Shown one piece after another: positions 34,319 through 47,033 of a DNA stretch of 64,000 nt. Source of the DNA: Convolutriloba macropyga (lineage: Eukaryota); assembly GCF_964194025.1 (NCBI RefSeq), contig NC_134482.1, positions 43,772,001 through 43,836,000 on the forward strand, in the 5' to 3' direction. Every line of letters starts with the position of its first letter. Position 1 is the stretch's first letter. The notes under the pieces were generated by a model. It was not told where the DNA came from and did no database searches. It worked only from the letters and a program-made list of their open reading frames with translations. Both the position numbers and the translations under genes were made by a program.

Positions 34319-37300
34319 ATGTTAAGTTCAACTTCATTCGAAGTCAACCATAGACAAAATTTTAAAATGATTCGTTTCCAACCAAGCTCCACTTCTTCAG
34401 TAAGATTTCGTCTATCAAACAGAACAGCAAGACCCTATCTTGTACTTCTAGCAGTAACAATAAGACAGAACGCTTCCAGAAGAACATGTAGTTTTTTTTG
34501 TGTTTTCTTTTTTAACAGGTAGATTTTTCTTTTACTGTATATACACAAATTTTCTGTTAAAAAATTCAGACTATTTTTGTCCCCTTGATTTTCAAGGTGT
34601 TCATTTTTACATTCATCGTGAAACCAAGCTTCCATTGATAGCATTGGAGTTATTCTCCTCAAAAACACTTTTTGAAGGAAACATGCTTTTCCGCTGCATA
34701 TAAACATAGAGCATAAAAAGCATTTCCAAAATCACTATCAAACCGTTGCGTGCTATTACAATTTTTTCTTCCAAAACATACACCAGTGAACAGAGCAGAA
34801 AATCAAATAATTCTTTTTGTTATAAGTGTCAAACAGTTCTTATTGTTATAAAAAATATAATCATTAAAATATTTCGTTGAAATGCACACACGCGCAATTT
34901 ATTTTAATTCAAGGTCAAACTATCATCAATCATCCAAAATTAATTTGTTTCCACTCAAGCTCCACTTCTGCAGTTCTCTTGTCAAATTTCAAATTCAAAC
35001 AAAATCAAATGAACAAAAACAGGTACTTCTAGCAGGAATAAGTTAGACAAAACTTTTCCCGAAGAAGTTCTGTTCTATTTCCGTTTGATTTGACAGATTG
35101 GCTCGTCTGTATCTGTATATAGACCAATCTTCCGTTAAAAAATAGTAAAAAAACACATGTTTGGAAGGAGCATGCTTTTCGCCAGCAGTAGACAGGAAAA
35201 AAACATAATTAGCTTATCATTTTTTTAAATTATTCAAGTATTTGGATCCACGGGAGATCTGTATGCAATTTGGGAAGTAATCTTTTCTTCATTTTACCTT
35301 TCAAAAACCATTGTAAGATAATAGAATTTTTTCCCTCAAAGCATGCTCCAGTAAGCAACACCAAACAGTGCTTTCGTTTAATAAAATAAATTTCTCATCC
35401 AACAGATACACCATTAAAGTGAAAAAGCTATTCTGAAAAAGCTGTCGAACAAAAAAGTATTTCGGCAAAGTTTTCCAAAAAATTCGTTGAAATGCATACA
35501 CGCTTAGATGTTCCTGGACTAACTATTGAGAAACCACAGGGCCAATCTAAGGCATCCAAATTTTTCCTTCAAAATCAACAAATTTTTATATGCCATTTTC
35601 CCCCATTAGATTGTTTGGAAATGATTCCAGGCTGATATGTCAAAATAGGTGTCTTAGTCCATACACAAAAGCAATTTAGACTAACAATTATTTAAAAGTT
35701 GTTTTGAATATAACCCCCAATGAGTTATTTTGTTTTTGGTACGCATGGTTGAACAGTTTTAAATCCTTACTTTTCTTAGTAGCAAGTTTCAATGGCACAA
35801 AAACGCTTTGAGATACTTCACTTGCAAACAATTTTTTTTGAAATATATAAAACACTTATGAACCTTTTGTATGTATTGTTCATATTACTAAAACAATCTA
35901 ACGAAATTTTTTACTTGATTTTTAGTCCGGAATTTTTCTCTAGGTCAATACATGGTAGGTCCAATGGATAGTTCCAATGGATAGCGCTTCATGGATAGTT
36001 CCAATGGCACAAAAACGTATTAAACCAACTTTATATTTTGTTGTGGTTAACATTCTATCACATCTAATTGGCTGATCACTATTGGGAGCTAACTTGCATG
36101 AAGACATTCATTATTTTGGCAATGTCATTAAAAAGGTATCTTTGGCAATGTCATTAAAAACAGATTTCATTTGCATAGGGTTTTTTCGAAACATATAAAA
36201 ACCTTTATGATTTTTTTCCCAAGTTTGTGCATATTATCCAGACATTGTCATTAAATTTATTACTTTGTTTTTAGTCCGGGATTTTGCTTAATGTCACTAC
36301 AGTGCTTCGTTGATAGTTCAGCTTGCACATACATAGCCTGATATCCCAATGGTCCACGATGAAAACGTTTTCTACATTTTATGTCATTCACGAAAATACT
36401 AGGAACTTTAAAAACCACATATTACTGTCTTGCATAATTACAATGTATTTCTCATTAACCGCAAGAAAATTGCTATTAGCTTTCCTTTTCTCAATTTAGG
36501 TGTTTTCTTGTCGGCAATAGGGATTATTTCATCAATCAAAATGTATTTCCTTCTTTAAATGCTCCTTATTCTTTATCATTAGATGTTAACTATCACGTCT
36601 AAAAAATTTGTCAATCGGCGGCTTTGAGCCATTGCCTCAAATTAGTGAATAATGGCATGTACATACGTCATTGCAAGAAATTCCTTCTTATCTACAATTA
36701 TGAACATTGCAAAAAATCCTCAACTGGCTTCTCCTCCACGCCAAAAAAAATCATTGTTACTGTTTCATAAAAAAACAGAGTTTTGCAAAGTTCATAATTG
36801 AAAATTTATTGTCAATCTGAATATATCTAGCAAACGCCTTCAGCTCTATGATTAAAATGTTTTCTAATTGAAAAAAGTAAAGGTTAAAACCACAAAAGTT
36901 TCATTCCATCAAATCCCGTTATATATTAGTATTAGATTATTAGCCTTAAATTATATTAGATTTTGTTTATTTTGAACAATGAATATAGACCTGACAATCA
37001 TAGCTATAGCCAAAGTTTTTGTTTTTTTTGTTAACTCATCTCGAAATGAATTCAGCATGTAAAACTGAAGGCCATTTTCTGTTTTGTTGTAACTAATTGT
37101 GGACTAGTTTAGGATGGTTGTTTTCCAATGCTTATAAAAACGGATATTTTACTTTATTATGCCCTCCTTTACTAGAAACAAAAAATATTTGTACAAAAAG
37201 ACTATCGATTTTGTTTTTGTAACAAAAGCTTTTCTCATTAAATGGAAAGGTTGGTGCGTACAATATTATTAGATGTGTGTACAAAATAAGAACACCCCCA

Positions 37301-37959
37301 CATACTCAATAAACTGATTTTGATATAATTTGATTTTTTGGTTGGAGTTAGATTAATAAAAACTAGTTGCTTGTATTAATTAAAATGCAAGTAAATAGTT
37401 TGGATTATCTCAAGGTCTGGCTTTTTGCTCATTTTTAAATTATTTGTTTCCAACTAAAATTTGCATCTGAGTTTCATATTCCAAGTAAAACAGCAAGAAA
37501 GCTATTAAGTGCATTGTTTATCACCCGTGTTGACGACAGAACTTAATATTAATCTTGTTCTAACAATCTCTCAGCGTACCTTTTGTAGATTCAACAGAGC
37601 GCCAGGCTTTTGAACTCCTCCAAGTTGTTCCCAGCAGTTTGACCAACAAGGTACCCACTGGTGATGACTACAATGCTAGGGATACTGTGTTCTCCTTTTA
37701 AAAATTGCTAATTTTCCTTATACGCTGATTCACACGAAACATCGTGTAATTTTTATCACACGAGGAAAATTTTCTCGTGTGAAATCACACGAGAGAGTTT
37801 TAGAGTGCAGTAAAATATATTTTTCAAATTTGAAGATTGCAGTGCGTTTTGAGATTTTGTTTGATATGGAACAAGGCGCTCATTGCTTTGCTTGTTTAAT
37901 AATTTTTTGATAAAAGGTTGTTTTTGTTCGGCAGGAAGCTTTTCCATAGATCTGCCGAA

Positions 37960-40260
37960 AGTCTTCGGGTTCGAATTTAGCAGAATAACCTAAAAGTCGT
38001 CAGCGCAGGCATGTTTTTTGTCTTATACACTTCGGGAAAATCGTTGTTGAATTGAAGAAAGAAAAATGCCCCTATTATTAATCCTTGTGGTACTGCGCTT
38101 GTTTCTTCTTTTGTGAGTTGAAAATTTGTCCTCACTTTTTACTGACTGTTCCGGTTTTTATCAAAAAAAACTCAGCAGGGAGAAAAGTTTTCATCCCATT
38201 CCAAAAGATTGGATCTTCTCAAGTAAATGGTCCTAAGGAACAGTGTTGAACACTGTTAGAAATAACAGTGTTGGAAGAACTCCATGTAAAAACTCCTGTA
38301 CGTTCATGTACATGTTTTGCTCGGTTTCTTCATATATTTGGTCCAAAAAAATAAACGGAGACAGACGCAGCTTATGTTCGTTTCCTAAAGCTCTGTTGAC
38401 ATTTTGGGAGCTGATCTTTGACTCTCCCATTGATGTCGTCAAATTTGACATTTTCAAAAGCTTTGGAGCAACAGCATAGCACACGGATTGATTTGTAGCA
38501 ACTATCTTCCTTTTTTTCTCTGAATTTTGCTGTTATTTGGCTGGTTTTGAATGTCTCAGTTCTTTGCTTAGTTTGAAAAAGGTTCTTAAGCCATCGCAAT
38601 TTGCCGACATTCAGTTGCTTCAGTATTTTGATACTTGCCTCTGATGGAATGTGAATTTGTTCAAACAAAGGGTTCAAAATCTGGTGATGATTTCCCTAGA
38701 CGAACTGGGACGGTTATCTGCTAAGATCTTGCAAGATTCTTGCGAAAAACGGTAATATGCTACGATCTTGTAAGAGTCTTGCAAATAACGGTTATGTGCT
38801 GAGACGCAAGACTGCAACGGTTTTCTGGTAATACACTTACAAGAATCTTACCAGACAAGCGTTTCATCTTTTTTGGTCAAAACACTTAAAAAAGAGTGTT
38901 TCATTGGAAAAAACAACAGAAAGAAAGGTAACACAACGAAAAAAAATATTGGTGTTTGACAGCATGGCTAACATTCAAAATTTTTATGCCGCTCAATTCA
39001 CAAACTACGTGGCATCATTTTGTTGCTTCTTATCATTTGTATCATTTGTTACTTTCTAAAAAATAAGCACAAAAACAGCACCTTTGCACCAAAAAATTAA
39101 CGGAGAAGCAAAATGGATTAGAGATGCGTAAATCATTCAGAAAGCCGGTTTTTTACAGCTTTAAATAGTAAACAGTGTTTGCGGTAGACCAGAGACACAA
39201 ATGGGTGACTTCAAATTAAAAGCTATAGACTGACTTTTTGTTTTATTTGTACAAATGAGAGTTCCAGTTAAATGCATAGTTCAAGTTACACACATAGTTA
39301 CTGAGCTCAGACTTGTTGAGACAACTTTTTAGGTGTTATTTGTTGTTTAAGCCCGTTATGGGCGTTTATAGGTACGTTTGGGCGTCATTTTTCGGTTTTA
39401 GAACGCTTTTCATAGCAAGGGTGTTGATTTTCTGTTTGGAAACTTTCTGGAGCGACGGATGCCTGCAAGAGTCTTACAAAGTCGACGGTTATCTGGTAAG
39501 ATTCTTATAAGAACAACGGTTATCTGCTAAGAATCTATCAAGATTAACGGTTATCAGAACAAGTCTTGTAAGAGCCCTTACAAGATGATGCATAATCAAA
39601 CAAGAGTCTTGCAAGACAAGAGTCTTAGCAGATAACCGTCCCAATTGGACTAGGGTTTTTTGTAATTTTTGCGAATTGACAAAGTTATTGTCAAAATAGT
39701 TCGCCATTCTCAGATTCAATTTCGAAGAATGTTTTGAATGCACAACGCGTATTTCTCTATTTTGCTGAAGGCCTTCTTGAAAATTTTTTTTAAATTTAAG
39801 ATCTGCTAAATCGTTCTCATCTGATTTATGAACTTCTCTCTCTAATTTTTTATTTTTCAGGGGCATCTAGAGACTTGGTTTTCGTTGTTGCGTCTGTTGT
39901 TTTTTATTAGGTGAGTTGTTTTTACCAAGAAATTGAGCAAAAGGTTCGCTTTGTTAACCGTTTGAGCAAATTTCTCAACTTTTCCCCACAACCAATCGCA
40001 CTATTGCCTATCAAGTTTAATATATATCGGAAGCTGTAAGGGAAGAATGCTTCACTTTCGATTAAACTTTTCAGATTATCCCTTAAATCTAGTAACAGCA
40101 ATCGTTTAAAAGCGTCTGAAGAGCGTCTTTAGGCTTTGTTTGATTTTCGTTGCGGCCCTTTTCTTCAATAGAAGAGATTTTTAATCGCTGAATGCTTCAT
40201 TTCCGATTGTACAAAAGCCTTTGATCCCTCCAGAATTCTTGTTCGCAATTTCGTCTGATT
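37960..40260 (-). mobile_element. Decayed LINE ORF2 fragment split by a DNA transposon insertion
   Basis: Minus strand: YKSIRVLCCCSKAFE, TVFNTVP, SAVPQGLIIG, NNDFPE, ACADDF (RT motifs). Continuation to the right of 39655 is inferred; outer boundaries are approximate. Confidence 0.65.
38694..39655. mobile_element. Non-autonomous TIR DNA transposon, CACTA/EnSpm-like (CCC termini, subterminal repeats)
   Basis: TIRs CCCTAGACGAACTGGGACGGTTATCTGCTAAGA / TCTTAGCAGATAACCGTCCCAATTGGACTAGGG; several subterminal ACGGTTATCTG and TCTTGCAAGA motifs at both ends; T-run flanks compatible with a 2-3 bp TSD. Superfamily is inferred. Confidence 0.8.
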
Positions 40261-41634
40261 TGTTTTTCCCAAAACAAATCAAATTTGAACACATAAAAGT
40301 GGTACGTTTTGAACTCAGAGAAAACCACAACAACAACAATACAAGCAAATATAAAGATTTTATGAGGACCAGTTAAATTTCGTTTAATAAAGAGGGGGTT
40401 CACTGACATATAAGTGACCAAAAGAACAAAGCAAAAAAAATCAAAGTTATTTTCGACTACAAGACTGAAAATGAAGCAAATTAAGCTGCCTGCTGCAAAC
40501 CACAGTTTAAAACAAAATAAAGAGAAAAGCAAGCAAGCCAGAAGAAGCACATAAAGTTTACGGTTGATGGCTTCAAGAAAAGTTTTAGAACGATATCTTA
40601 AATTTCTGCATTAATGCTGCAAAGAAATACAGCTTTCAGACCTGTTTTCAAAGTGTTCAAAAATTTAGAATTTTCGGTCCTAGAAATAATAAGGCTACAA
40701 AAAAAAGATAGCAGGTTATGACTTTAATTTTTTTAACACACATTACAAGCAAGGACGAAAAGATTAAGAGTTTTCATGCAAATTCTGTGGTTTTTGCAAC
40801 AATGTTACATAAACTCACCGGATTCATATCAAATTTTTATAAATTTTGCTAAGGTTGTTTTGATTATACCAAATTTTTATGTTTCCTGTAATTTTATTTA
40901 TCAGCAACTTGAGAAGTAGAATAAATAATTAGAAACAAAATTTTTTGCGTAATAATTCAAATCACGCAAAGAAAAACTAACGACTGTAATTTCATTCACT
41001 AAGAAAAAATAAAGCGTTAAAATTAACAGTCTGTGCAAAAAAATAAAACATCTTTAGAATTGCTAATATTTGGCAAAACGACATATCTAATTTTCTAGAA
41101 TTATCTTCATTTTTAAAGCACAAATATTCTGTTGGAATTTGAACTCAAAGTTAACGTCTGTATCCTACTCGGCAATAACCACCGCATCGTTAATACCAAC
41201 ATAAAATACACAATAATCAGTATAAAAATATCTATTCAGTTTGATCCAAAAAAGGAGGCGACATATCAACAACCTGGTACTATATAAAAAATAGAAAAGT
41301 TGAGTAATTGAATATCTATAATGATTAGTTCTTTTTGAAAGATAATGCTCCAGGAAACGCATAATAGAAGGTGCAAATTTTTTGTACCAATACCCGAATA
41401 TTCTCATTTCAGCTGTTTTTGCGTAATTCTTGATGTTAGGTCAATCGGAGATCAGCGATGAACAGTTATTTTCCGAACAATTCTGTAAAGATTGCAATTT
41501 GCAGAATCATCAATTGATGGCAACTAGGAGAAATGAATTAACCAGTTCTTTTTTTTTTGGTTAAACAACAAAAAGGTTTCGTTAAATATTTACATTTTCA
41601 AAATCGCCTCTTAAATATATGAATAGTTTGGGCT

Positions 41635-44600
41635 TTATACTTCAGTAGAAAAATTCCTAAAGCCTCTTACTTGTCTATCTATTGGAACACGTTCATGCAG
41701 TTTGACCACTTCGCTGCTTAGTTTTTCCTTAAACTTGTTTTTAGTTTTCTCTTTTCGGATTTCAATTGGAAAATTATTCCACTTCCTAGAAAAATTTCTG
41801 ATTAGTGACCTGTCACTCCATTTGGATTGGCACTTATTCTTTGGAAAAAACTGGGCAGTTCTGCAGTTTTTGGTCAATTCGTACTTTTCAAGAATCCTGA
41901 AAGAGGAGTTTTTGGTTTCTCGACTACTCTCTTTATATTGTGAGAGGAGGTCAAAAAATTTAAGAAGACAAACTTTTTTAATGAAAAGCTCTGCTGGTAA
42001 AATTTTGTCTTTCAGTAACAGATCTCTTGCACTGTCAAACTTTTTGCACAGGTGGCAAACCTTTATTCCCCAATTTATTTGTTTATTAACTCTTTGAAGT
42101 GACATAACCGACAACGATTGAAAAAAATTGCACTGAAATTGAGATGGGACAAAACAAGTGATTTAAAAAAGACCGATTCTTGCTTTTAGTGGTAGAAAAT
42201 GTCTTACTAAATAAATTGACCTAATAGCATTTGCCATTTTTGTTAATGTTTTGTTCAGCTGAATGTCAAAATGTAGATTGTTATCAATCATTATACTTAA
42301 ATAACGACAACTTGTTTTTGGCTCAATGAAAATTCCATTATAAAGAAATTGTTCAATTTTTGATTCCCCATTTTTTGAAAAAACCACAATTTCTGTTTTA
42401 CCTCTGTTTAAATTTAGCATCTTTTGTCTCATATAACTGTCAGTACTTTCAAATACACTGTTAATTTCGCATAAGAGATTTTCATCGGATTTGGAATGAC
42501 AAATAATGCATGTGTCATCTGCAAACTGTAAAACGTCCTCTCTTTTTCTCATTTTTTCAGGGAAGTCGTTGATATATATTAAAAAAAATTAAAGGTCCGA
42601 GAACTGCTCCTTGAGGTACTCCGTGATTTATTGTCACCCAGTTCGAATATTCAATGCCGTTCTTCACGCATTGTTTTCTGTTAGACAAAAACAATTCTAG
42701 CATTGCAATTGATTCCGTACTAAATCCATATTTTGTAATTTTTTCGAGAAAAATTTTGTGAGATATTGAGTTAAAAGCTTTGGCTAAATCCACGAATACA
42801 CTAACAACGGTTTCGTTTTCTTCTAACAAACTATTCACTGATTCTGTCATCGATATTACTGTGTCATTCGAAGATTTTCTTTTCAGAAACCCAAATTGAT
42901 TTTTATTGATTATTTCATAATTTTCAACATGTTCTAGCATTTGTTGGAGCAAAAGTCTTTCAAAAATTTTCGCAAGAGTCGGTGTAACTGAAATTGGTCT
43001 GTAGTTTTCTGCTTCCAGTGGAGCCCCTTTTTTGTAAATTGGAGTTACATATGCTTTTTTATATATGTCAGGAAAAATGTTTTTTGATATACATTCGTTT
43101 ATTGCAAACTGTAGATGTGTTCCAATAGACATTTTGCTACATTTGAAGGACCATGTAGTAATTGATCCAGGACCCGCTGCTTTGTTTTGTGGTAATTGAT
43201 CAATTACAGTAAACAGTTCTTTTCTCGTTATATGTCTGAAGGAAAACTCAATTTTGTCAAAAGCAAAGTCCGGTAGCTCAACTTTTTCTGTCTTTTAAAA
43301 AATCTTGGTTGAACCGAATTCTATAAATTTCGCCATTTTTATCCTCGTGTTTTATTTTTGTTTTAATGAATTTCCACTGTTGTTTTGAACGGGGAAGACT
43401 TTCGAACAATTTCTGTGAATAATTGTGACTCGCTCTTCTAAGTAGTCTGTTTGTATGGTTTCTTATTCTTTTGTATGAATTATATGTGTCAACTTCTGCT
43501 TTTTTCTTCCAAATATTGAAAAGCCTGTGCTTTTTGTTGATTAGATTCAAAATTTTTCTGGATAACCATTTCTTTTTCGTTGATTTTGATGATGGCTCTC
43601 CTATTTTGATGGGAGCTATACTATTCAGATTATTTTCAAACATAATTGAAAATTTTTCAAAAGTTGAATTTGCATTGTTTTGTTGATACATGAAACTCCA
43701 ATCAGCGGATGCAATTCTTTTGTTAAGATTAGCTCTAGTAAATTTGCTAGTATCCCGGTAAAAAATCGCGTTTTGTTGTCTTCATAATCAATGTCCAGTG
43801 ACGAAAGGAAAACTTGTGTAAAGTGATCACTTCCAAATAACTGCTCGATAACAGTTGTATCAAGAATTTGGTGTTTCGTTGTTAAACAGTGATCAGTTAG
43901 TGTTTCCTGATTTCCATTTGTCCAGGTTGGAGTATTTTTAATTACTATCTCAAGCCCATTGTTGGAAGCAAAGTCTGTCAATAACTTTTTCACTTTGTTT
44001 GAAAAAATTGATGTTATAGTCTCCGAATAGTATTACATTATCAGTTATTGAATATGCGCCTGAAATTTCTGATGTCAATTCTTCTAGAAAAAATTCGCCC
44101 AAGTTTTTATTGGAACAAAAAGAAACGTTATCTAGAAGTTTTTCCTCAAACGATGCTTGTAATTCAAGCCATAGTGATTAAAAAAAACTTCTGTTAATAG
44201 AGTTGAGATCATTCCGTATTTTATAATTGAACGTATTTGGTACCCATATCCTACTCCACCACCTCTCGTTAACTGCGTCAATTTTGATTTACTTTGAACA
44301 AAGTGGTGATTGTTGCTTGAAAAATTTAAGGGTATCTTCTGATTATCGTTTATCCATGTTTCAGTAACAATAAAGCATGTTTGTCTCTTCTGCTGCTGCA
44401 AAAAATCCGAAATCTCTTCGTGTTTGTTGTTAACGCTTCTAATATTTGTGTATACAAAACATGGATGCAAGTTTGCATTTGCCTTATGTTTATCGTAGCT
44501 TTCGAATGTGTGTAAATTATGTAAATTGGGCCCTGGATTAGATTCGACATCACCGCAAAGTAAAATTAAGTAGGTTATAGTTTGGAACTGATATATTAAG

Positions 44601-44659
44601 TTTAAAGACCAAAATCCAAGACATACATTATCAACCATTGTTTTGTTTTTGAAAATCAA
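41635..44659 (-). pseudogene. LINE ORF2 (2A - APE endonuclease - reverse transcriptase), multiple frameshifts
   Basis: Consecutive ORF-track fragments 44132-44659, 43625-43993, 43278-43691, 42557-43132, 42163-42552 and 41635-42114 carry the domains in order. Confidence 0.9.
44528..44551 (-). other. 2A-like StopGo ribosomal skipping motif DVESNPGP
   Basis: LILLCGDVESNPGP is a perfect D(V/I)ExNPGP match immediately N-terminal to the APE domain. Confidence 0.88.
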
Positions 44660-44853
44660 ATGAATTGAAGTGCTTGGGTGACAATTGATTGATCACTTAC
44701 ATTTTTTATTTTCTGCAAGAAAAAACAAGCTAAAAAACACGAGAAATTTCCAATAGGAAAACATATGTTTCAAAGTCACCCAAACGCATTATATCCCATA
44801 TGACCATTTCTGTTCCAGTTTTTGACATTATCTATGGGCTTCTTTTTGATTTG

Positions 44854-45726
44854 TCACATAGATACGTAGCTGACAGAAGGTTGATACCCCACACTTGATA
44901 TGTAATTTTTTAAGCTAAAAACCATTTTCTGGATTCCATTGTGATTAGGATGAATGCCATCCATTCGCATATCTACATTTTCCAAATTATAATCCAGAAC
45001 TTTTATGTCGGTATTTTGAAACTCGCCGCGTAATTTATCTGCTATATCGTCTAAAGCCCGGTTAAATTTGTTTATTTCATTGTTGTTAGTTTCGCGTCCA
45101 AAACTGCCGTTTATGAATTTGGGTAATTTACAAATCGCTGCTTTGTAAGGTTTTATTTTATTAACGCATTTCAAGATAACGACTCCCAACTCTTTAGCGG
45201 CATCCTCTCCTGCCGTACCTTGATCAATGAAATTATGCCCTGTATGAATAATCAAACATTCTGTTTTTGTTGATGGCGCATAATTGTCAATGATATCATT
45301 GATGTCTTTTATTGTCGAAGATGGATAAGAGTGAATGGCAGCATCAATACTGATGTCATTTTGGCGAAACAGTTTGTACGAGCTGTCAGAAATAATTAAC
45401 TGTTTTGTGAAACGAGGAACAAACTTTGGATAAAAACGACGGTTGACTGTAGATTTTACGACAGCTTTTTCTGCTGTTCTTTCGCTGATTAAATTTGATA
45501 TTAATTTATCATTCTGAGTCCTCAAAAAATGAATCTCAGATTGAGCTTGATTATAAAGTTCTTTCTGATGTTCCAATTCAAGCATAAGTCTGTCCAATTC
45601 TTGGTTATTGTCTTGATTCTTGTTTGCTAAGTTAAGTGACTCCCTTCTTTGATTTCTTAGTTGCATCACCTCGCTTATTAGTTTCTCTTTTGTCCATTTC
45701 GACAAACCCGAAATAGTATCTGTCAT
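44854..45726 (-). CDS. LINE ORF1 protein: N-terminal coiled coil plus SGNH/esterase-like domain
   Basis: Open 290-aa ORF; heptad-rich N-terminus; SGNH-like blocks LIISDSS, IHSYPSSTI, LIIHTGHN, DGIHPNHNG. Confidence 0.8.
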   Translation of the reverse strand: MTDTISGLSKWTKEKLISEVMQLRNQRRESLNLANKNQDNNQELDRLMLELEHQKELYNQAQSEIHFLRTQNDKLISNLISERTAEKAVVKSTVNRRFYPKFVPRFTKQLIISDSSYKLFRQNDISIDAAIHSYPSSTIKDINDIIDNYAPSTKTECLIIHTGHNFIDQGTAGEDAAKELGVVILKCVNKIKPYKAAICKLPKFINGSFGRETNNNEINKFNRALDDIADKLRGEFQNTDIKVLDYNLENVDMRMDGIHPNHNGIQKMVFSLKNYISSVGYQPSVSYVSM

Positions 45727-46209
45727 CTTGATATCTATGCTTAAGGGTGATTTGGTTTTAGTTATTCGTGCATAAACCAGAAAAAAAAGACTCGCCCTGA
45801 AAATGACACTATTTTAAATTAAAAGTTAAATTGGTTTGGTCTCACCAGTTTGAAGTCCAGATATAGAATACCCAATAATTCGGTTTAATTGTTGAAGAAA
45901 AAAAAACTTGTTTGCTTTATCGCAAAAACAAAAAAGTCTTTGTCAGATAACGTTCTCAATGATTGGAAGCAGAAAAAAATCTATCAGCGTGTTCTTTCAC
46001 ATAAATTTACGCTGCTGACTTTGCTTTTGACTAATTGACGTTTTTTTGAGGATCTTTCACTGCGTATTTGAGGATCTTAGAAATAGCGATAAAATTTAGC
46101 TATTCCTAGAAGATTTCCGGTGAGTTTTTCTACTGGAAATGTAGCAGAGTAAATAAAAGAAAGCGGGACAATATGGGGATTCAATGGATCCCCGGAGATT
46201 TAAATTCTG

Positions 46210-46369
46210 GGATCTTCTCCGTTTGCGCTCTAGTAAGGTATGCGCCCTGCAGTCGCAGAGCACGTGCCATTACATAGTAAATCATTATGTAAAAATATTG
46301 CACGTGCAACGGGGGGATGCAAATAATATGCACCCACTAAGTTGGGGGGGGGACAAATGGAAAATATCC
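46210..46369. mobile_element. GGATC-family MITE copy (degenerate)
   Basis: GGATCTTCTCCGTTTG ... CAAATGGAAAATATCC with the family core CACGTGCCATTACATAGTAAATCATTATG. Confidence 0.8.
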
Positions 46370-46433
46370 ACTTTCCAAATGATTCGTTACAACCTTTTTA
46401 GCATTCCATCGTTATGTTTGGTCAGAACAATAG

Positions 46434-46571
46434 NNNNNNNNNNNNNNNNNNNNNNNNNNNNNNNNNNNNNNNNNNNNNNNNNNNNNNNNNNNNNNNNNNN
46501 NNNNNNNNNNNNNNNNNNNNNNNNNNNNNNNNNNNNNNNNNNNNNNNNNNNNNNNNNNNNNNNNNNNNNNN
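46434..46571. other. Assembly gap (138 N)
   Basis: Run of N. Confidence 1.
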
Positions 46572-47033
46572 ACCCAATAAAAAATTTTTTGATCTCAGTA
46601 TGAGATTTTAGCCCGAGCTGCCTCAAAGGGTCCTCCGTTGAGGTGCCAGTTGGAAGTGACCTCTGATCAGACCACTCCAGACCAAAGTATTATATGATCA
46701 AAACACCTCAGATCAAAAACCAGATTGAAGCGCACGCGCACTCAAAACCTGGTATGCTCTTGAAATGCGCTCGATATGCTGTCTCTGGTCATGCCTTCCC
46801 AGACCGACGGCAGCACTGATCAGAACTAAATCAGAACATTGTCCAGACTTTTGTGCCACTCCGGTCTAGACTAGTTCCAGACCGTTGTCCAGACGCTTTA
46901 AGATGCTTCCAGATGCTTTAAATGGCCATAGGTGGATTCCACTTGACTCCACGTGACCAGAGGTCACTACCGTCTCTCACCTCGACCTGGAACATCTATC
47001 GTAAATGGGTTTGAACTCAAATCTCAATGCAAC
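46572..47033. mobile_element. Imperfect foldback/MITE-like element cut at its right end by the LTR insertion
   Basis: Inverted matches: TGAGATTTTAG vs CTCAAATCTCA, and GAGGTG...AGTGACCTCTG vs CAGAGGTCACT...CACCTC. Confidence 0.45.

Larger units (their letters stand above)
41549..45960 (-). mobile_element. Near full-length L2/CR1-group (Crack/Daphne-like) LINE, frameshifted
   Basis: ORF1 44854-45726; ORF2 fragments with APE (YTNIRSVNNK, VTETWI, TLTDH, GSDH) and RT (NYRPISVTP, QFGF, DLAKAFNSISH, GVPQGAVLGP, QFADDT); A-tail as T-run at 41549-41558; 5' end approximate. Confidence 0.9.

Noticed and set aside
34340-36300. Faint ~600-bp and ~350-bp degenerate direct repeats
   Set aside because: Only patchy similarity by eye; boundaries and origin could not be defined.
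44780-44830. Possible CCHC zinc knuckle after LINE ORF1 (NWNRNGHMGYN)
   Set aside because: Requires two indels and a substitution to restore; unverifiable without a consensus.
46184-46626. ORFs spanning the N run
   Set aside because: Artefacts of the assembly gap and MITE sequence.
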